NCBI GenBank assembly: GCA_045657285.1
Contig: JAZOST010000007.1
Coordinates: 15,016-79,015, forward strand
DNA: 64,000 nucleotides
Origin: Christensenellaceae bacterium
GTDB taxonomy: Bacteria; Bacillota; Clostridia; Christensenellales; Borkfalkiaceae
Reading direction: 5' to 3'
Part shown: in pieces, positions 27,745 through 38,031 of the stretch
Position numbering within the stretch: the first letter of the stretch is position 1
Layout: every line of letters starts with the position of its first letter
Made by a program: the position numbers and the translations under genes
Notes under the pieces: generated by a model
What the model was told of the DNA's origin: nothing
Databases searched by the model: none
What the model saw: the letters and a program-made list of their open reading frames with translations, nothing else

Positions 27745-29055
27745 TTAAAGTATATATTTTTTTAGGTCTTTGCTCTTTTTGTCTGCGCCAAGTTTTTCGG
27801 TAACGAATTTTTTGTCAATGATAACTTGTTTTGCCGTTACGCCGTCCGCTTCAAAAGAAACGTCTTCAATAAGGTTTTCCATAACCGTATGAAGTCTTCT
27901 TGCGCCGATATCTTCGCTAGTAGCGTTCATATCTTCCGCTACGCTTGCTATTTGTTCAATAGCGTCTTCGGTAAATTGAAGTTCTACGCCGTCAACTTTA
28001 AGTAGAGTTGCGTATTGAACGGTTATAGCGTTTTGCGGTGTGGTTAAAATTTCAATAAAATCTTTTTTGGTTAGCGAAGAAAGTTCAACAAGTATCGGAA
28101 ATCTACCTTGAAGTTCGGGGATTAAATCCGCAACCTTTGAAACGTGGAACGCACCCGCCGCTATAAATAAAATATAGTCCGTTTTAATCGCGCCGTACTT
28201 GGTCATAACGGTTGAGCCTTCAACTATAGGAAGAATATCTCTTTGAACGCCTTCCCTAGAAACGTCTTGTCCACCGCCAGAGCGGTTGGCCTTTGCTGCG
28301 ATTTTGTCAATTTCGTCAATGAAGATTATGCCTTCTTGTTCAGCCCTTTTAATTGCTTCTTCGTTAACCGAATCGTTATCAATAAGTTTATCCGCTTCTT
28401 CGTCCATAAAGATGTTTTTTGCTTCACTTACCGTAAGTTTACGTTTTTTACGGCGTTTGGGGAGCATGTCGCCGAATATATTGCCGATACTTATTTCCGC
28501 ACCACCCGGAACAAGTTCCATAGGCTTTGGATTATCTACGACTTCTACTTCAATAAGTTCATTGTCGTAATAGCCTTTCTTTAGACCTTCTAAAATGTTG
28601 GCTTCAAAAATTTCAACGGGGGTTTCGCCACGTTCAATTTTTCTTGCTTCGGCTATGATTTTTACTAATTTAGCGTAAACTACTGCTTCCGCTTTTTCGG
28701 TAACTTTTTTAAATCTTTCTTCTTTTACTAATCTAACCGAACATTCAACTAAATCTCTTATCATTGATTCAACGTCTCTACCAACGTAGCCTACTTCGGT
28801 GTATTTAGTTGCTTCTACTTTAATGAAAGGCGCTCCAACAAGTTTTGCAAGTCTTCTTGCAATTTCCGTTTTACCTACGCCCGTAGGTCCTTTCATTATG
28901 ATGTTTTTGGGTGTAATTTCTTCCATTTCGGCTTTAGTTAGCCTACTTCTTCTATAGCGGTTACGAAGCGCGATAGCCACAGCCTTTTTTGCTTCGTTTT
29001 GACCGATTATATATTTATCAAGTTCAGTTACTATTTGTTTAGGACTTAAATTCAT
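27745..29055 (-). CDS. hslU: ATP-dependent protease ATPase subunit HslU
   Basis: 436 aa with Walker A GPTGVGKTEIARRLA and an I-domain insertion. It follows hslV. Confidence 0.95.
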   Translation of the reverse strand: MNLSPKQIVTELDKYIIGQNEAKKAVAIALRNRYRRSRLTKAEMEEITPKNIIMKGPTGVGKTEIARRLAKLVGAPFIKVEATKYTEVGYVGRDVESMIRDLVECSVRLVKEERFKKVTEKAEAVVYAKLVKIIAEARKIERGETPVEIFEANILEGLKKGYYDNELIEVEVVDNPKPMELVPGGAEISIGNIFGDMLPKRRKKRKLTVSEAKNIFMDEEADKLIDNDSVNEEAIKRAEQEGIIFIDEIDKIAAKANRSGGGQDVSREGVQRDILPIVEGSTVMTKYGAIKTDYILFIAAGAFHVSKVADLIPELQGRFPILVELSSLTKKDFIEILTTPQNAITVQYATLLKVDGVELQFTEDAIEQIASVAEDMNATSEDIGARRLHTVMENLIEDVSFEADGVTAKQVIIDKKFVTEKLGADKKSKDLKKYIL

Positions 29056-29064
29056 AATTCCCCC

Positions 29065-29598
29065 TTATAAAACTTCGCAAGTAATGTTGTCGTTAGTGAA
29101 TACGCAAATTTCGCTTGCAATTTTAAGCGATTTTTTTGCAATTTCTTCAGCGGTATAGTTAGTTTCTTGAACAAGCGCTCTTGCCGCCGCTAAAGCGTAA
29201 TTTCCACCGCTACCGATAGCGCAAACGCCATCTTCGGGTTCAATAACTTCGCCCGTACCTGAAACGATTAAAAGACAATCTTTATCAGCGGTAATCATCA
29301 TTGCTTCAAGTTTTCTAATTTTATCACTTCTCCAAAGTTCCGCTAGTTCAACCGCACTTCTCATAAGATTGCCTGAATACTTGTTTAGCATTTCTTCAAA
29401 TCTTTCTGAAAGTGAAAACGCGTCTGAAACAGAACCTGCAAAGCCAAAAATAACTTTGCCGTTATAAATACGCCTTACTTTTACGGCGTTATTCTTGAAA
29501 ATAATTGATTGCGACATTGTAACTTGTCCGTCGCCGGCAATAGCCGTTTTGCCGTCCTTTTTAACAGCACAAATGGTAGTACCTTTAAATTCACTCAT
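29065..29598 (-). CDS. hslV: ATP-dependent protease subunit HslV
   Basis: 177 aa with the N-terminal GTTICAV threonine nucleophile region. Confidence 0.95.
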   Translation of the reverse strand: MSEFKGTTICAVKKDGKTAIAGDGQVTMSQSIIFKNNAVKVRRIYNGKVIFGFAGSVSDAFSLSERFEEMLNKYSGNLMRSAVELAELWRSDKIRKLEAMMITADKDCLLIVSGTGEVIEPEDGVCAIGSGGNYALAAARALVQETNYTAEEIAKKSLKIASEICVFTNDNITCEVL

Positions 29599-30901
29599 TA
29601 TCTAATTTCTCCTTAAACTTTTTAACGCTTTCTAAACTGCGCTCTGAATAATATACTTTTCTTTCTTTTTTGTCCCTAATAATTTTTTGTGGCGGGGGCA
29701 AAATACCAAAGTTTGCGTTCATAGGTTGAAAATCTTTATTTTCGGTAGTTATATACTTTGCAAGCGCGCCAGATACCGTTTCTTCGGGTATAAGTATAGC
29801 ATCTAAACCTTTAAGTTTTCTTAAAAGATATATCGCCGACATTAGCCCAGACATTGCGCTTTCAACGTACCCTTCAACGCCCGTTACTTGACCTGCAAAA
29901 TACGTTTTAGGGTGGTTTTTAAGCGAATAATCTTCATTTAGCACGGTTGGGGAATTTATAAAAGTGTTTCTATGCATTACCCCGTATCTTAAATATTCGG
30001 CGTTCTTTAGCGCGGGTATTATTGAAAACACCCTTTTTTGTTCTCCCCATTTAAGATTAGTTTGAAAACCTATTAGGTTATACATACTGCCTTCGCTATT
30101 TTCACGGCGAAGTTGTAAGCATGCGTAAGCCCATCTGCCTGTTTTTGGGTCAGTTAGCCCCACGGGTTTAAGCGGACCAAAGCGAAGTGTGTCTTCACCC
30201 CTACTTGCCATAATTTCAATAGGCATACAACCTTCAAAAACTTTCACGTTTTCAAAGTCGTGCCCTTCTATTCTTTCGGCTTTAGTAAGTTCACTTATAA
30301 ACTGCGTGTATTCTTCTTTATTCATAGGGCAGTTTATATGGTCGCCGTCCCCTTTATCGTATCTATCGCCGTAAAAAGCGTGTTCAAAATCAATACTATC
30401 TTTTTCTACGATAGGTGCGGACGCGTCAAAAAATGAAAGCCCGTCCCCCGTAATTTCTTTTATAACGCTAGAAAGTCCGTCAGTCGTAAGCGGTCCAGTT
30501 GCTATTATCGTGTATTCATCAAAGTCAATATCCGTTACTTCTGCGCTGACGAATTCTATATTTTCGTGATTTTTTACCCTTTCGGTTAAAATATGAGCAA
30601 AATCTTCTCTATTAACGGCTAAAGCATTACCCGCGGGAACTTTAGTTAAATCAGCAACTTCTATTATTTGAGAGCCTAAAAGGCGCATTTCTTCTTTTAG
30701 AAGTCCCGCCGCGTTTCCGTAAATATCGTTTGACTTGAGCGAATTTGAGCACACAAGTTCAGCAAAATTATTTGATTTATGCGCGGGCGTTTTTTTAGTT
30801 GGCTTAATATCGCAAAGCGTTACTTTTACGCCGTGGTCGGCTAGATACAGACTTGCTTCAACACCTGCGAGCCCCGCGCCTATTACTTTTACTTTTTCCA
30901 T
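29591..30901 (-). CDS. trmFO: Methylenetetrahydrofolate--tRNA-(uracil-5-)-methyltransferase TrmFO
   Basis: 436 aa with the GAGLAG FAD motif. Gid/TrmFO-like throughout, in the conserved position after topA. Confidence 0.92.
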   Translation of the reverse strand: MEKVKVIGAGLAGVEASLYLADHGVKVTLCDIKPTKKTPAHKSNNFAELVCSNSLKSNDIYGNAAGLLKEEMRLLGSQIIEVADLTKVPAGNALAVNREDFAHILTERVKNHENIEFVSAEVTDIDFDEYTIIATGPLTTDGLSSVIKEITGDGLSFFDASAPIVEKDSIDFEHAFYGDRYDKGDGDHINCPMNKEEYTQFISELTKAERIEGHDFENVKVFEGCMPIEIMASRGEDTLRFGPLKPVGLTDPKTGRWAYACLQLRRENSEGSMYNLIGFQTNLKWGEQKRVFSIIPALKNAEYLRYGVMHRNTFINSPTVLNEDYSLKNHPKTYFAGQVTGVEGYVESAMSGLMSAIYLLRKLKGLDAILIPEETVSGALAKYITTENKDFQPMNANFGILPPPQKIIRDKKERKVYYSERSLESVKKFKEKLDNE

Positions 30902-33051
30902 TATTTAGTATAATCGCATTTCTTTGCCGAACAAACAACTTTGCCTTCGGCTTCAATAAGGTAAGCACCGCACTTGGGACATTTTTCGCCCGTTGGTAAA
31001 TCCCAACTCATAAACTTACAATTTGGGTAATTTGAACAACCGTAGAAGGTTTTACCGCTTCTACTTGTCATTTTTTTGGTGGGTTTACCGCATTCGGGAC
31101 ATACGCCAGCGTTTTCAGTTAAACTTACCGTGTTTTTACATTTTGGATAGTTTGAACAAGCAAGGAATTTACCAAACTTGCCTTCGCGTTCAACCATAAT
31201 TCCGCCACACTTTTGGCAAATGTTTTCGGTAGGAATTGCCACCTTTTCATTTACCGCTTTAATATTTTGGCAGGTTGGATAGTTTGAACAAGCATAATAA
31301 TTGCCGTATCTACCCGTATTTATAATCATAGGCGCACCGCATTTTTCGCAAATAACGTCAGTAATCTTTGAATTTGCAAGTTGCTTTTCAAACGGAGCGT
31401 AGAAGTCCGCAATTAGTTTATGCCAGTCTTTTCCGCCCGTGCCTATATCGTCAAGTTTATCTTCCATATCCGCAGTAAAACCAACGTTCATAATGTCGGG
31501 GAAGTATTTTACTAAAAAGTCAATGAGTGCATAACTTACTTCGTTTGGAACAAGGTATTTTTTGTCTTTATAAACGTATTCCCTTTTCTTGTCCGAAAGT
31601 TTTGCCATAATGGTAGCGTAGGTAGAAGGTCTGCCTATGCCCTTATCTTCCATATTCTTAATGAGCGTGGCTTCGGTAAATCTTACGGGCGGTTTGGTGA
31701 ATTTTTGTTCTTTAGTAAGCCCGATAAGAGTAAGCGGTTCGCCGTTTACTACGTTTGGTAAAAGCGAAAGCGCATTTTCTTCGTCTTCTTCTTTCTTTGT
31801 GTCGTCGTAAACTGCGGTGTAACCCTTAAATACTAGCGTTTTGCCGTTAGTTTTAAGAATAAATTCCCCTGCTGAAACGTCCACGTTCATACTATCGTAA
31901 ACGGCTTCAGCCATTTGCGACGCGATAAATCTATCAAAAATAAGTTTATATAATCTTAATTGATTTTTGTCTAAAATTCCGCTTACGCTTTCGGGGGTTT
32001 TAGATAAATCAATTGGTCTTATTGCTTCGTGCGCGTCTTGCGCATCTTTTTTAGATTTATAAAAATTGGGTTTTGCGGGCAAATATTCTTTGCCGTAGTT
32101 ATTTTCAATAAATGAAAGCGCGCTCTTTTGTGCTTCGCTTGAAATTCTTACAGAGTCCGTTCTCATATAAGTAATAAGCGCAACGTTGCCGTTTTGAGTG
32201 GGAACGCCTTCGTAAAGTCTTTGCGCGATTTGCATAACTTGGGGTGCGCTAATACCTAGTTTATTAGAGCCTTCTTGTTGAAGGGTACTAGTGATAAACG
32301 GAGCGGGCGCGTGTGATTTCATTACCGCCCTTTTTACGTTTTTAACGCTAAACGGAAGCGACTTTAGTAAACTTTCTACTTCGCTTGCTTCTTCAGCGCT
32401 AGAAGGCTTATACTTTTTGCCGTTCTTTTCAACAAGTAAAACTTTAAATGCCGACTTATTATCAGGTTTAACGTCCGCTTTTAAGTTCCAGTATTCTTTT
32501 GGAATAAACGCTTTAATTTCGCGTTCTCTATCAACTACCATTTTTAAGGCAACTGATTGCACCCTACCAGCAGAAAGATTATCGCTTAATCTACAACTTG
32601 CCGCGGGCGAAATGCTGTAACCAACTATACGGTCTAAAACGCGCCTTGCTTGTTGCGCGTTAACTAAATTCATATCAATTTTTCTAGGACTTGCAAGCGC
32701 CTTTTTAACTGCGTTTTCGGAAATTTCGTTAAACTCAATACGAAGTGCTTCGTCACCAAGTTCTAAAACTTCTTTTAAGTGCCAAGATATTGCTTCACCT
32801 TCTCTATCCGGGTCGGTTGCGAGATATACTTTTTCTGCTTTTTGAGCGTCGTCTTTAAGCCTTTTAATATCCGCTTTTTTATCAGCCGAAATTTCGTAGA
32901 AAGGTTCAAAATCTTTATCAAGTCTTATACCCATTCTATTTACGGGTAAATCCCTAACGTGCCCTTTAGACGCGTCAACCTTAAAATTACCCTTTAAGAA
33001 TTTTTCTATGGTTTTGGCTTTGTGTGGTGATTCTACTATAATTAAGTCCAT
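30901..33051 (-). CDS. topA: DNA topoisomerase I
   Basis: 716 aa with Toprim motifs IVESPHKA and DPDREGE and a catalytic Tyr region. The C-terminus has four CxxC...CxxC zinc ribbons. Confidence 0.95.
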   Translation of the reverse strand: MDLIIVESPHKAKTIEKFLKGNFKVDASKGHVRDLPVNRMGIRLDKDFEPFYEISADKKADIKRLKDDAQKAEKVYLATDPDREGEAISWHLKEVLELGDEALRIEFNEISENAVKKALASPRKIDMNLVNAQQARRVLDRIVGYSISPAASCRLSDNLSAGRVQSVALKMVVDREREIKAFIPKEYWNLKADVKPDNKSAFKVLLVEKNGKKYKPSSAEEASEVESLLKSLPFSVKNVKRAVMKSHAPAPFITSTLQQEGSNKLGISAPQVMQIAQRLYEGVPTQNGNVALITYMRTDSVRISSEAQKSALSFIENNYGKEYLPAKPNFYKSKKDAQDAHEAIRPIDLSKTPESVSGILDKNQLRLYKLIFDRFIASQMAEAVYDSMNVDVSAGEFILKTNGKTLVFKGYTAVYDDTKKEEDEENALSLLPNVVNGEPLTLIGLTKEQKFTKPPVRFTEATLIKNMEDKGIGRPSTYATIMAKLSDKKREYVYKDKKYLVPNEVSYALIDFLVKYFPDIMNVGFTADMEDKLDDIGTGGKDWHKLIADFYAPFEKQLANSKITDVICEKCGAPMIINTGRYGNYYACSNYPTCQNIKAVNEKVAIPTENICQKCGGIMVEREGKFGKFLACSNYPKCKNTVSLTENAGVCPECGKPTKKMTSRSGKTFYGCSNYPNCKFMSWDLPTGEKCPKCGAYLIEAEGKVVCSAKKCDYTK

Positions 33052-34143
33052 TTAGTCCTCCAAGTCCGTGTTCATAAGCCCGTAAACGTTGCTTCCCGTT
33101 TTTGAAAGCACACCTTTTATTTCTAGTATTGAAATTATAGGGCTAATTTCGTATATTTGCTTTCCTAATTTTTCGCAAATATATTCAATATGTTTTTCCC
33201 CGTCAAGAAGCAAAGTGCATATCTCTTTTTCGTTAGGGGTTAAGTTTATTTTTTCTTTTCTATCTTCGCCGTAGAAGGATAAAATATCGTCAGGGGTGTC
33301 GGTAAGCATTGCGCCCATTTTGATAAGTTCATTACAGCCCGCGCCACTTGCTACGCCCACGCTATACGGAACGGCAAATAAGTCTTTCCCAAATTCTTCA
33401 GCGTAATGCGCGGTATGTATAGCCCCACTCTTTTTGCCAGCGCTAACAACTAAAGTTCCGCGTGATAGCCCTGCAATTATTCTATTCCTTACGGGAAAGA
33501 AATACGGCATTGCTTTAACTTCGGGTGGGTATTCGCTTATCACTAGACCGCTATCGCTTATTTTATCAACTAAACTGCTATGTGTTGCGGGATAAATATT
33601 ATCGTGCCCGCCAGCAAGAACGCTTATAACTTTGCCGTTATTATTTAGCGTTTCTTCAATTACTGCACTATCAACGCCTTCGGCAATTCCCGTAACAAGC
33701 GTAAAACCTGCATTTGCTAGCGCTTTCGTATAAGATTTTGTAATGCCTATTGAAAGGGGTAAACTTTTTCTAGCACCAACTATTGAGAATAGTTTTCCCA
33801 TTAGCAATTTTTCGTTACCTTTAGCGTAAATAACGGTTGGCGGAAAAGGTAGGTTTTTTAAACTTTCGGGATAACTTTTAGAGTTAATCGTAATCGCTTT
33901 TATACCTTTTCTTTCATAGCCGTCAAGCATATACTTTAGGTACGTATCGTTTGCCGAAGAAACTAACGTATTAAAAACGTTTTCGTCCGCATCTTTAACA
34001 ATACTTTCGCGGTTTTTAATTAAAAAATCTTTTATTGACGTTTCGCCTAGTGCTTTTTCGTAGAGTTCGGCTTTTAGTTTTGGGTTAAGCCCAGTAAAAC
34101 TATCAAGCCAAATTAGTAAAAGTTCTTCTTTAGAATATTTCAT
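33052..34143 (-). CDS. dprA: DNA-processing protein DprA
   Basis: 363 aa with a Rossmann-like core (GIAEGVDSAV, SGAIHTA) and a C-terminal wHTH-like tail. Confidence 0.9.
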   Translation of the reverse strand: MKYSKEELLLIWLDSFTGLNPKLKAELYEKALGETSIKDFLIKNRESIVKDADENVFNTLVSSANDTYLKYMLDGYERKGIKAITINSKSYPESLKNLPFPPTVIYAKGNEKLLMGKLFSIVGARKSLPLSIGITKSYTKALANAGFTLVTGIAEGVDSAVIEETLNNNGKVISVLAGGHDNIYPATHSSLVDKISDSGLVISEYPPEVKAMPYFFPVRNRIIAGLSRGTLVVSAGKKSGAIHTAHYAEEFGKDLFAVPYSVGVASGAGCNELIKMGAMLTDTPDDILSFYGEDRKEKINLTPNEKEICTLLLDGEKHIEYICEKLGKQIYEISPIISILEIKGVLSKTGSNVYGLMNTDLED

Positions 34144-34145
34144 AA

Positions 34146-35654
34146 TTAGTTATGCCTATAACTTATTGCTTCTAAAATATGTTCTACCCTAATATCGTCA
34201 CAAAGGGACATATCTGCAATAGTTCTTGCAACTTTTATAATACGGCTACGTGCCCTTGGTGAAAGGCTTAAACTTTCGTAAGCGGATTTTAGCACCGCTT
34301 CGCATTCGCTTGAAAGTTTGCAATATTTTGCTATATGTTTTTCACCCATATCGCTATTAGTCTTTATTTTATCGTTTTTGAAACGATTTTGTTGAATAAG
34401 CCTTGTGCGATTTACCCTTTTTCTAACTTCTTCGCTAGTTTCGTTTTTTGCGGTGTCAGTTAGTTCAGTATATTTAACTTCGTCAACCGTTACTTGAATA
34501 TCTATTCTATCAAGTAGTGGTCCTGAAATTTTTGATTTATATTTAGTAATTTGTGCGGGAGTGCAGTTACACACCTTTGTTTCCGAACCATAGTTTCCAC
34601 AGGGGCACGGGTTCATACTACCGCATAAAATAAAGTTTGCGGGATATTGTGCACTACCAGACGCTCTTGAAATTGTTATAACACCGTCTTCAAGCGGTTG
34701 GCGTAGCGCTTCTAAAGTGCTTCTATTATATTCAGGCATTTCGTCTAAAAATAACACGCCGTTATGTGCTAAACTTATTTCGCCCGGTTTTACGTCCTTA
34801 CCACCGCCCGTAAGCGAAACGGTTGTTGACGTGTGGTGCGGACTTCTAAACGGACGAACGCGAACTATTCCGTCTTCACTAGAAAGCGTGCCTGCAACCG
34901 AATGAATTTTAGTGGTTTCAAGCGCTTCAGTAAAAGTCATATTCGGCATAATGGTTGGAATACATTTAGCAAGCATTGATTTGCCCGTCCCCGGTGCGCC
35001 TACGAATAACAAGTTGTGTCCACCAGAAACTGCAACTTCTAGGGCGCGTTTTGCTACTTTTTGACCTTTAACAAAACTTAAATCTACTTCATAAGCGTTA
35101 TTTTGGCTTTCAATAGAGTATTCCGTTTGCGCTAACTTTTCAATAGGTTTAAGACCTGAAAGGTGGTCTATTACTTCAGTTAAACTATTTGCGGGGTATA
35201 TTTCTACGCCCGAAACAAAAGATGCTTCTTTGGCGTTACCAGCAGGCAAAATAAACTTTTTGAATTTTTCACTTGCCGAAATGATTATAGGAAGAACGCC
35301 GTTAATTTTTCTTAAACCGCCATCTAAAGAAAGTTCGCCTAAAAATACTATTCCGTCCGTTTCAGCGGTAAGTTGATTTGACGCTTTCAAAACGCCTATC
35401 GCCAAAGCAAGGTCAAAAACTGAACCTTCTTTTTTAACGTCTGCAGGGGCTAGGTTTGCCGTAAGTTTTCTAGTTGGAACTTGTCTACCACTATTTTTAA
35501 TTGCCGAACGTACGCGTTCTTTAGATTCTTTTACAGCAGTATCAGGAAGCCCTACCATATCAAAAGAAGGTAAGCCGTTATTAACGTCTACTTCAATACT
35601 AATTTCTATTCCGTTTAATCCGCTTAATGCAAAACTTGAAACTTTTGAAATCAT
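34146..35654 (-). CDS. YifB/ComM-family Mg-chelatase-like AAA+ ATPase
   Basis: 502 aa with an N-terminal Lon-like domain, Walker A GAPGTGKS and Walker B LFLDEMPE. Confidence 0.9.
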   Translation of the reverse strand: MISKVSSFALSGLNGIEISIEVDVNNGLPSFDMVGLPDTAVKESKERVRSAIKNSGRQVPTRKLTANLAPADVKKEGSVFDLALAIGVLKASNQLTAETDGIVFLGELSLDGGLRKINGVLPIIISASEKFKKFILPAGNAKEASFVSGVEIYPANSLTEVIDHLSGLKPIEKLAQTEYSIESQNNAYEVDLSFVKGQKVAKRALEVAVSGGHNLLFVGAPGTGKSMLAKCIPTIMPNMTFTEALETTKIHSVAGTLSSEDGIVRVRPFRSPHHTSTTVSLTGGGKDVKPGEISLAHNGVLFLDEMPEYNRSTLEALRQPLEDGVITISRASGSAQYPANFILCGSMNPCPCGNYGSETKVCNCTPAQITKYKSKISGPLLDRIDIQVTVDEVKYTELTDTAKNETSEEVRKRVNRTRLIQQNRFKNDKIKTNSDMGEKHIAKYCKLSSECEAVLKSAYESLSLSPRARSRIIKVARTIADMSLCDDIRVEHILEAISYRHN

Positions 35655-35781
35655 TTTTTCCCCGTAAGACTATTTTTATCTTTAACTTTTTTAGCCGAAA
35701 TTCTTCAAGCAAAAATGACTAAAATATCCTATTCTAAAACATTATATAATACTTGAGAAAAAAAGTAAAGTAAAAGGTAAT

Positions 35782-35814
35782 AAAAAAAGGACTTACTTTT
35801 CATAAGTAAGTCCT
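35782..35814 (-). terminator. Intrinsic terminator after rplS
   Basis: 11-bp stem aggacttactt/aagtaagtcct followed by a T-run on the minus strand. Confidence 0.8.
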
Positions 35815-35825
35815 TTAATTTTTTG

Positions 35826-36173
35826 TTATTTTCTAACTTCTTTAACTTTAGCAGCCTTGCCAGTTCTTTCTCTCAAGTAATAAAGTTTCGCACGGCGAAC
35901 TTTACCTTTTCTAACTACTTGAATGTCAGCAACTTTTGGTGAGTGGATTGGGAAAGTTTTTTCAACGCCTACGCCGAAAGATAAACGACGTACGGTGAAG
36001 GTTTCAGAAATACCACCGTGTTTTCTAGCAATACAAATGCCTTCAAACGCTTGTAATCTTTCTCTATCGCCTTCAATAACCTTTACCATAACTTTAACCG
36101 TATCACCAACGGCAAATTCAGGAATTGATTGCTTTAAGTTTTCTTGATTGATTGCTTCAATAATTTTGCTCAT
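35826..36173 (-). CDS. rplS: 50S ribosomal protein L19
   Basis: 115 aa with a canonical L19 sequence. Confidence 0.97.
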   Translation of the reverse strand: MSKIIEAINQENLKQSIPEFAVGDTVKVMVKVIEGDRERLQAFEGICIARKHGGISETFTVRRLSFGVGVEKTFPIHSPKVADIQVVRKGKVRRAKLYYLRERTGKAAKVKEVRK

Positions 36174-36243
36174 TACTTTTTACCTCCGTTTTACTAAGCG
36201 TTCATTGATAAAAATTATAAGAGGAACGCCCGCAAGCCTATAT
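36174..36243 (-). promoter_or_regulatory. rplS 5' leader with stem-loop (possible L19 autoregulatory leader)
   Basis: An approximately 64-nt UTR between the promoter and the GGAGG SD. gcgttc (36198-36203) pairs with gaacgc (36224-36229). An L19 leader family is known in low-GC Gram-positives, but I did not verify the fold. Confidence 0.3.
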
Positions 36244-36272
36244 AATATATCATAATTTTTGCATCTTGGCAA
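36244..36272 (-). promoter_or_regulatory. Sigma70-type promoter for rplS
   Basis: Minus strand reads TTGCCA-17nt-TATATT. Confidence 0.55.
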
Positions 36273-36278
36273 GCGTTT

Positions 36279-36644
36279 TCACGCATAAAATGCATTATCT
36301 ATATGATTTATTTTTCCATCAATTATTTCTATTACGTCAAACCTACAAGGACTATCTACTAGCCCCTTGCGAATTAAATATTCGCTTGCAACTTTTACGT
36401 ATTTTGATTGTTTTACGTAGTTTACCGCTTCGCTAGGCTCTCCAAAAGCGTTACTAGAACGCGTTTTTACTTCAATAAAAATTATTATGCCGTCTTTTTC
36501 GGCTATAACGTCAATTTCGCCTATTCTAGTTTTGAAGTTTTTATCGGCAATTTTATAGCCGTTTTCTTTAAGATAATTTATTGCGCGGTTTTCTCCGGCT
36601 CTACCCAGAAATTTTTTATAAAAGTTTTTCTGTGTAATTTGCAA
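36279..36644 (-). CDS. yraN: YraN-family (UPF0102) endonuclease-like protein
   Basis: 121 aa with G..GE..A..YL and IDVIA...I.FIEVK motifs. TTG start with an AAGGAG SD that lies inside the rnhB 3' end. Confidence 0.85.
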   Translation of the reverse strand: MQITQKNFYKKFLGRAGENRAINYLKENGYKIADKNFKTRIGEIDVIAEKDGIIIFIEVKTRSSNAFGEPSEAVNYVKQSKYVKVASEYLIRKGLVDSPCRFDVIEIIDGKINHIDNAFYA

Positions 36645-37195
36645 GGCCCTATCTCCTTTATTTTTTCTATGTGAATTTTCGTGCCGTAACCTTTATGTTT
36701 TTCAAAGCCGTACTCTGGATAAAGTGGAGCAAGTTTTTCCATAAGTTTATCTCTATAAACCTTTGCTAGTATTGACGCGCACCCTACCGTATAACTATTT
36801 AAGTCGCCTTTTATAACATACTCTGCATTTATTGGTAAATGCGTATCTACGCCGTCAACTATAGTAATATCAGGCTTAACTTCTAGCCCTAAAACCGCTT
36901 CCGTCATACACTTTTTTACGGCGTTTAGAATATTTATTTCATCAATTTCTTCGGGGCTAATTTCTTTTATTGAATAACTTATCGCTTTCTCTTTTATAAT
37001 TTTTTCTAAAGCGTCGCGCTTTTTTTCGGTTAGTTTTTTGCTATCTGTAACACCTTCAATTAAATCATCTAAAGGCATTATACACGCACAGCACACAACG
37101 GGACCTGCAAGCGGACCTCTACCCACTTCGTCAACCCCCGCTATAACCATATAACCTTTATCTAAAAGGTCTTTTTCGTAACGTAAATTATCCAT
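36578..37195 (-). CDS. rnhB: Ribonuclease HII
   Basis: 205 aa with GVDEVGRGPLAGPVV and the KHKGYGT..H motif. Confidence 0.95.
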   Translation of the reverse strand: MDNLRYEKDLLDKGYMVIAGVDEVGRGPLAGPVVCCACIMPLDDLIEGVTDSKKLTEKKRDALEKIIKEKAISYSIKEISPEEIDEINILNAVKKCMTEAVLGLEVKPDITIVDGVDTHLPINAEYVIKGDLNSYTVGCASILAKVYRDKLMEKLAPLYPEYGFEKHKGYGTKIHIEKIKEIGPCKLHRKTFIKNFWVEPEKTAQ

Positions 37196-37196
37196 A

Positions 37197-38030
37197 TTAG
37201 TCTAAAATAATTTTGCCTATTCTGCCTTTCCTAAAATCGTCAATAACCGCGGTTGCACACCTTTCGTAATCATATTCACCGCCACGCATTAAAAATCCGC
37301 GACGAACGCAAATATCGTTAAAAATTTCAATATCTTCTTTGTCTAAATTGTCAATAGAATACTTGCTTTTTAAGGCTTCAGGACACAAAACTTTTAACTC
37401 TTTTATAAGTTCGTACGCTAGGTCCGAAAAGTCAATATTAACGTCGTTCATACTACCTATATAAGCAAGGTGTTTTGCCAAGGTTTGGTTTTCAAAAGCG
37501 GGTGGCATAGTACCGGGGGTATCTAGAAGTTCAAGTTCTTTTAGCCTTACCCATTGCTTGCCTTTGGTAACCCCTGCTTTGTTGCCCGTTACTGCTTTTT
37601 TGCCACCGCAAAGTGCGTTTATAATCGTTGATTTTCCCGTGTTTGGAATACCTGCAACTAAAAATCTAATAGGCTTAAAAACGCCTTTTAGTTTGTTTCT
37701 TTCAAGTTTTTCGCTTAACAACTTAAACATTTCCGAATAAAGCAAATCAACCGCACGTTTATCCATAGCGCTTATGGCAACGGCGGTTTTACCTTCGCTT
37801 GCAAATTCCTTTATTACCCTTTTAGCGTCGCTTGGCTCTATAAGGTCGCACTTATTTAGCACGTAAAGAATTTTTTTATTCGCAAAAAGTTTATTGAGTT
37901 TTTCATTTATTGAGGCCCTTGGCGCTCTAGCATCTAGCACCATCATTACCCCGTCAACAAGTTTAACGGAGTCTTCCATCATTCTCATTGCCGCGGTCAT
38001 ATGCCCCGGAAACCATTGTAAATGTTGCAT
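37197..38030 (-). CDS. rbgA: Ribosome biogenesis GTPase A (YlqF/RbgA)
   Basis: ATG at 38030, giving MQHLQWFPGHM. Circularly permuted GTPase motifs NKCDL then GIPNTGKST. Confidence 0.92.
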   Translation of the reverse strand: MQHLQWFPGHMTAAMRMMEDSVKLVDGVMMVLDARAPRASINEKLNKLFANKKILYVLNKCDLIEPSDAKRVIKEFASEGKTAVAISAMDKRAVDLLYSEMFKLLSEKLERNKLKGVFKPIRFLVAGIPNTGKSTIINALCGGKKAVTGNKAGVTKGKQWVRLKELELLDTPGTMPPAFENQTLAKHLAYIGSMNDVNIDFSDLAYELIKELKVLCPEALKSKYSIDNLDKEDIEIFNDICVRRGFLMRGGEYDYERCATAVIDDFRKGRIGKIILD

Positions 38031-38031
38031 T

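Noticed and set aside
30901-31400. Repeated approximately 40-codon units at the 3' end of topA.
   Set aside because: These are the normal tandem C4 zinc-ribbon domains of bacterial topoisomerase I, not a DNA-level repeat element.
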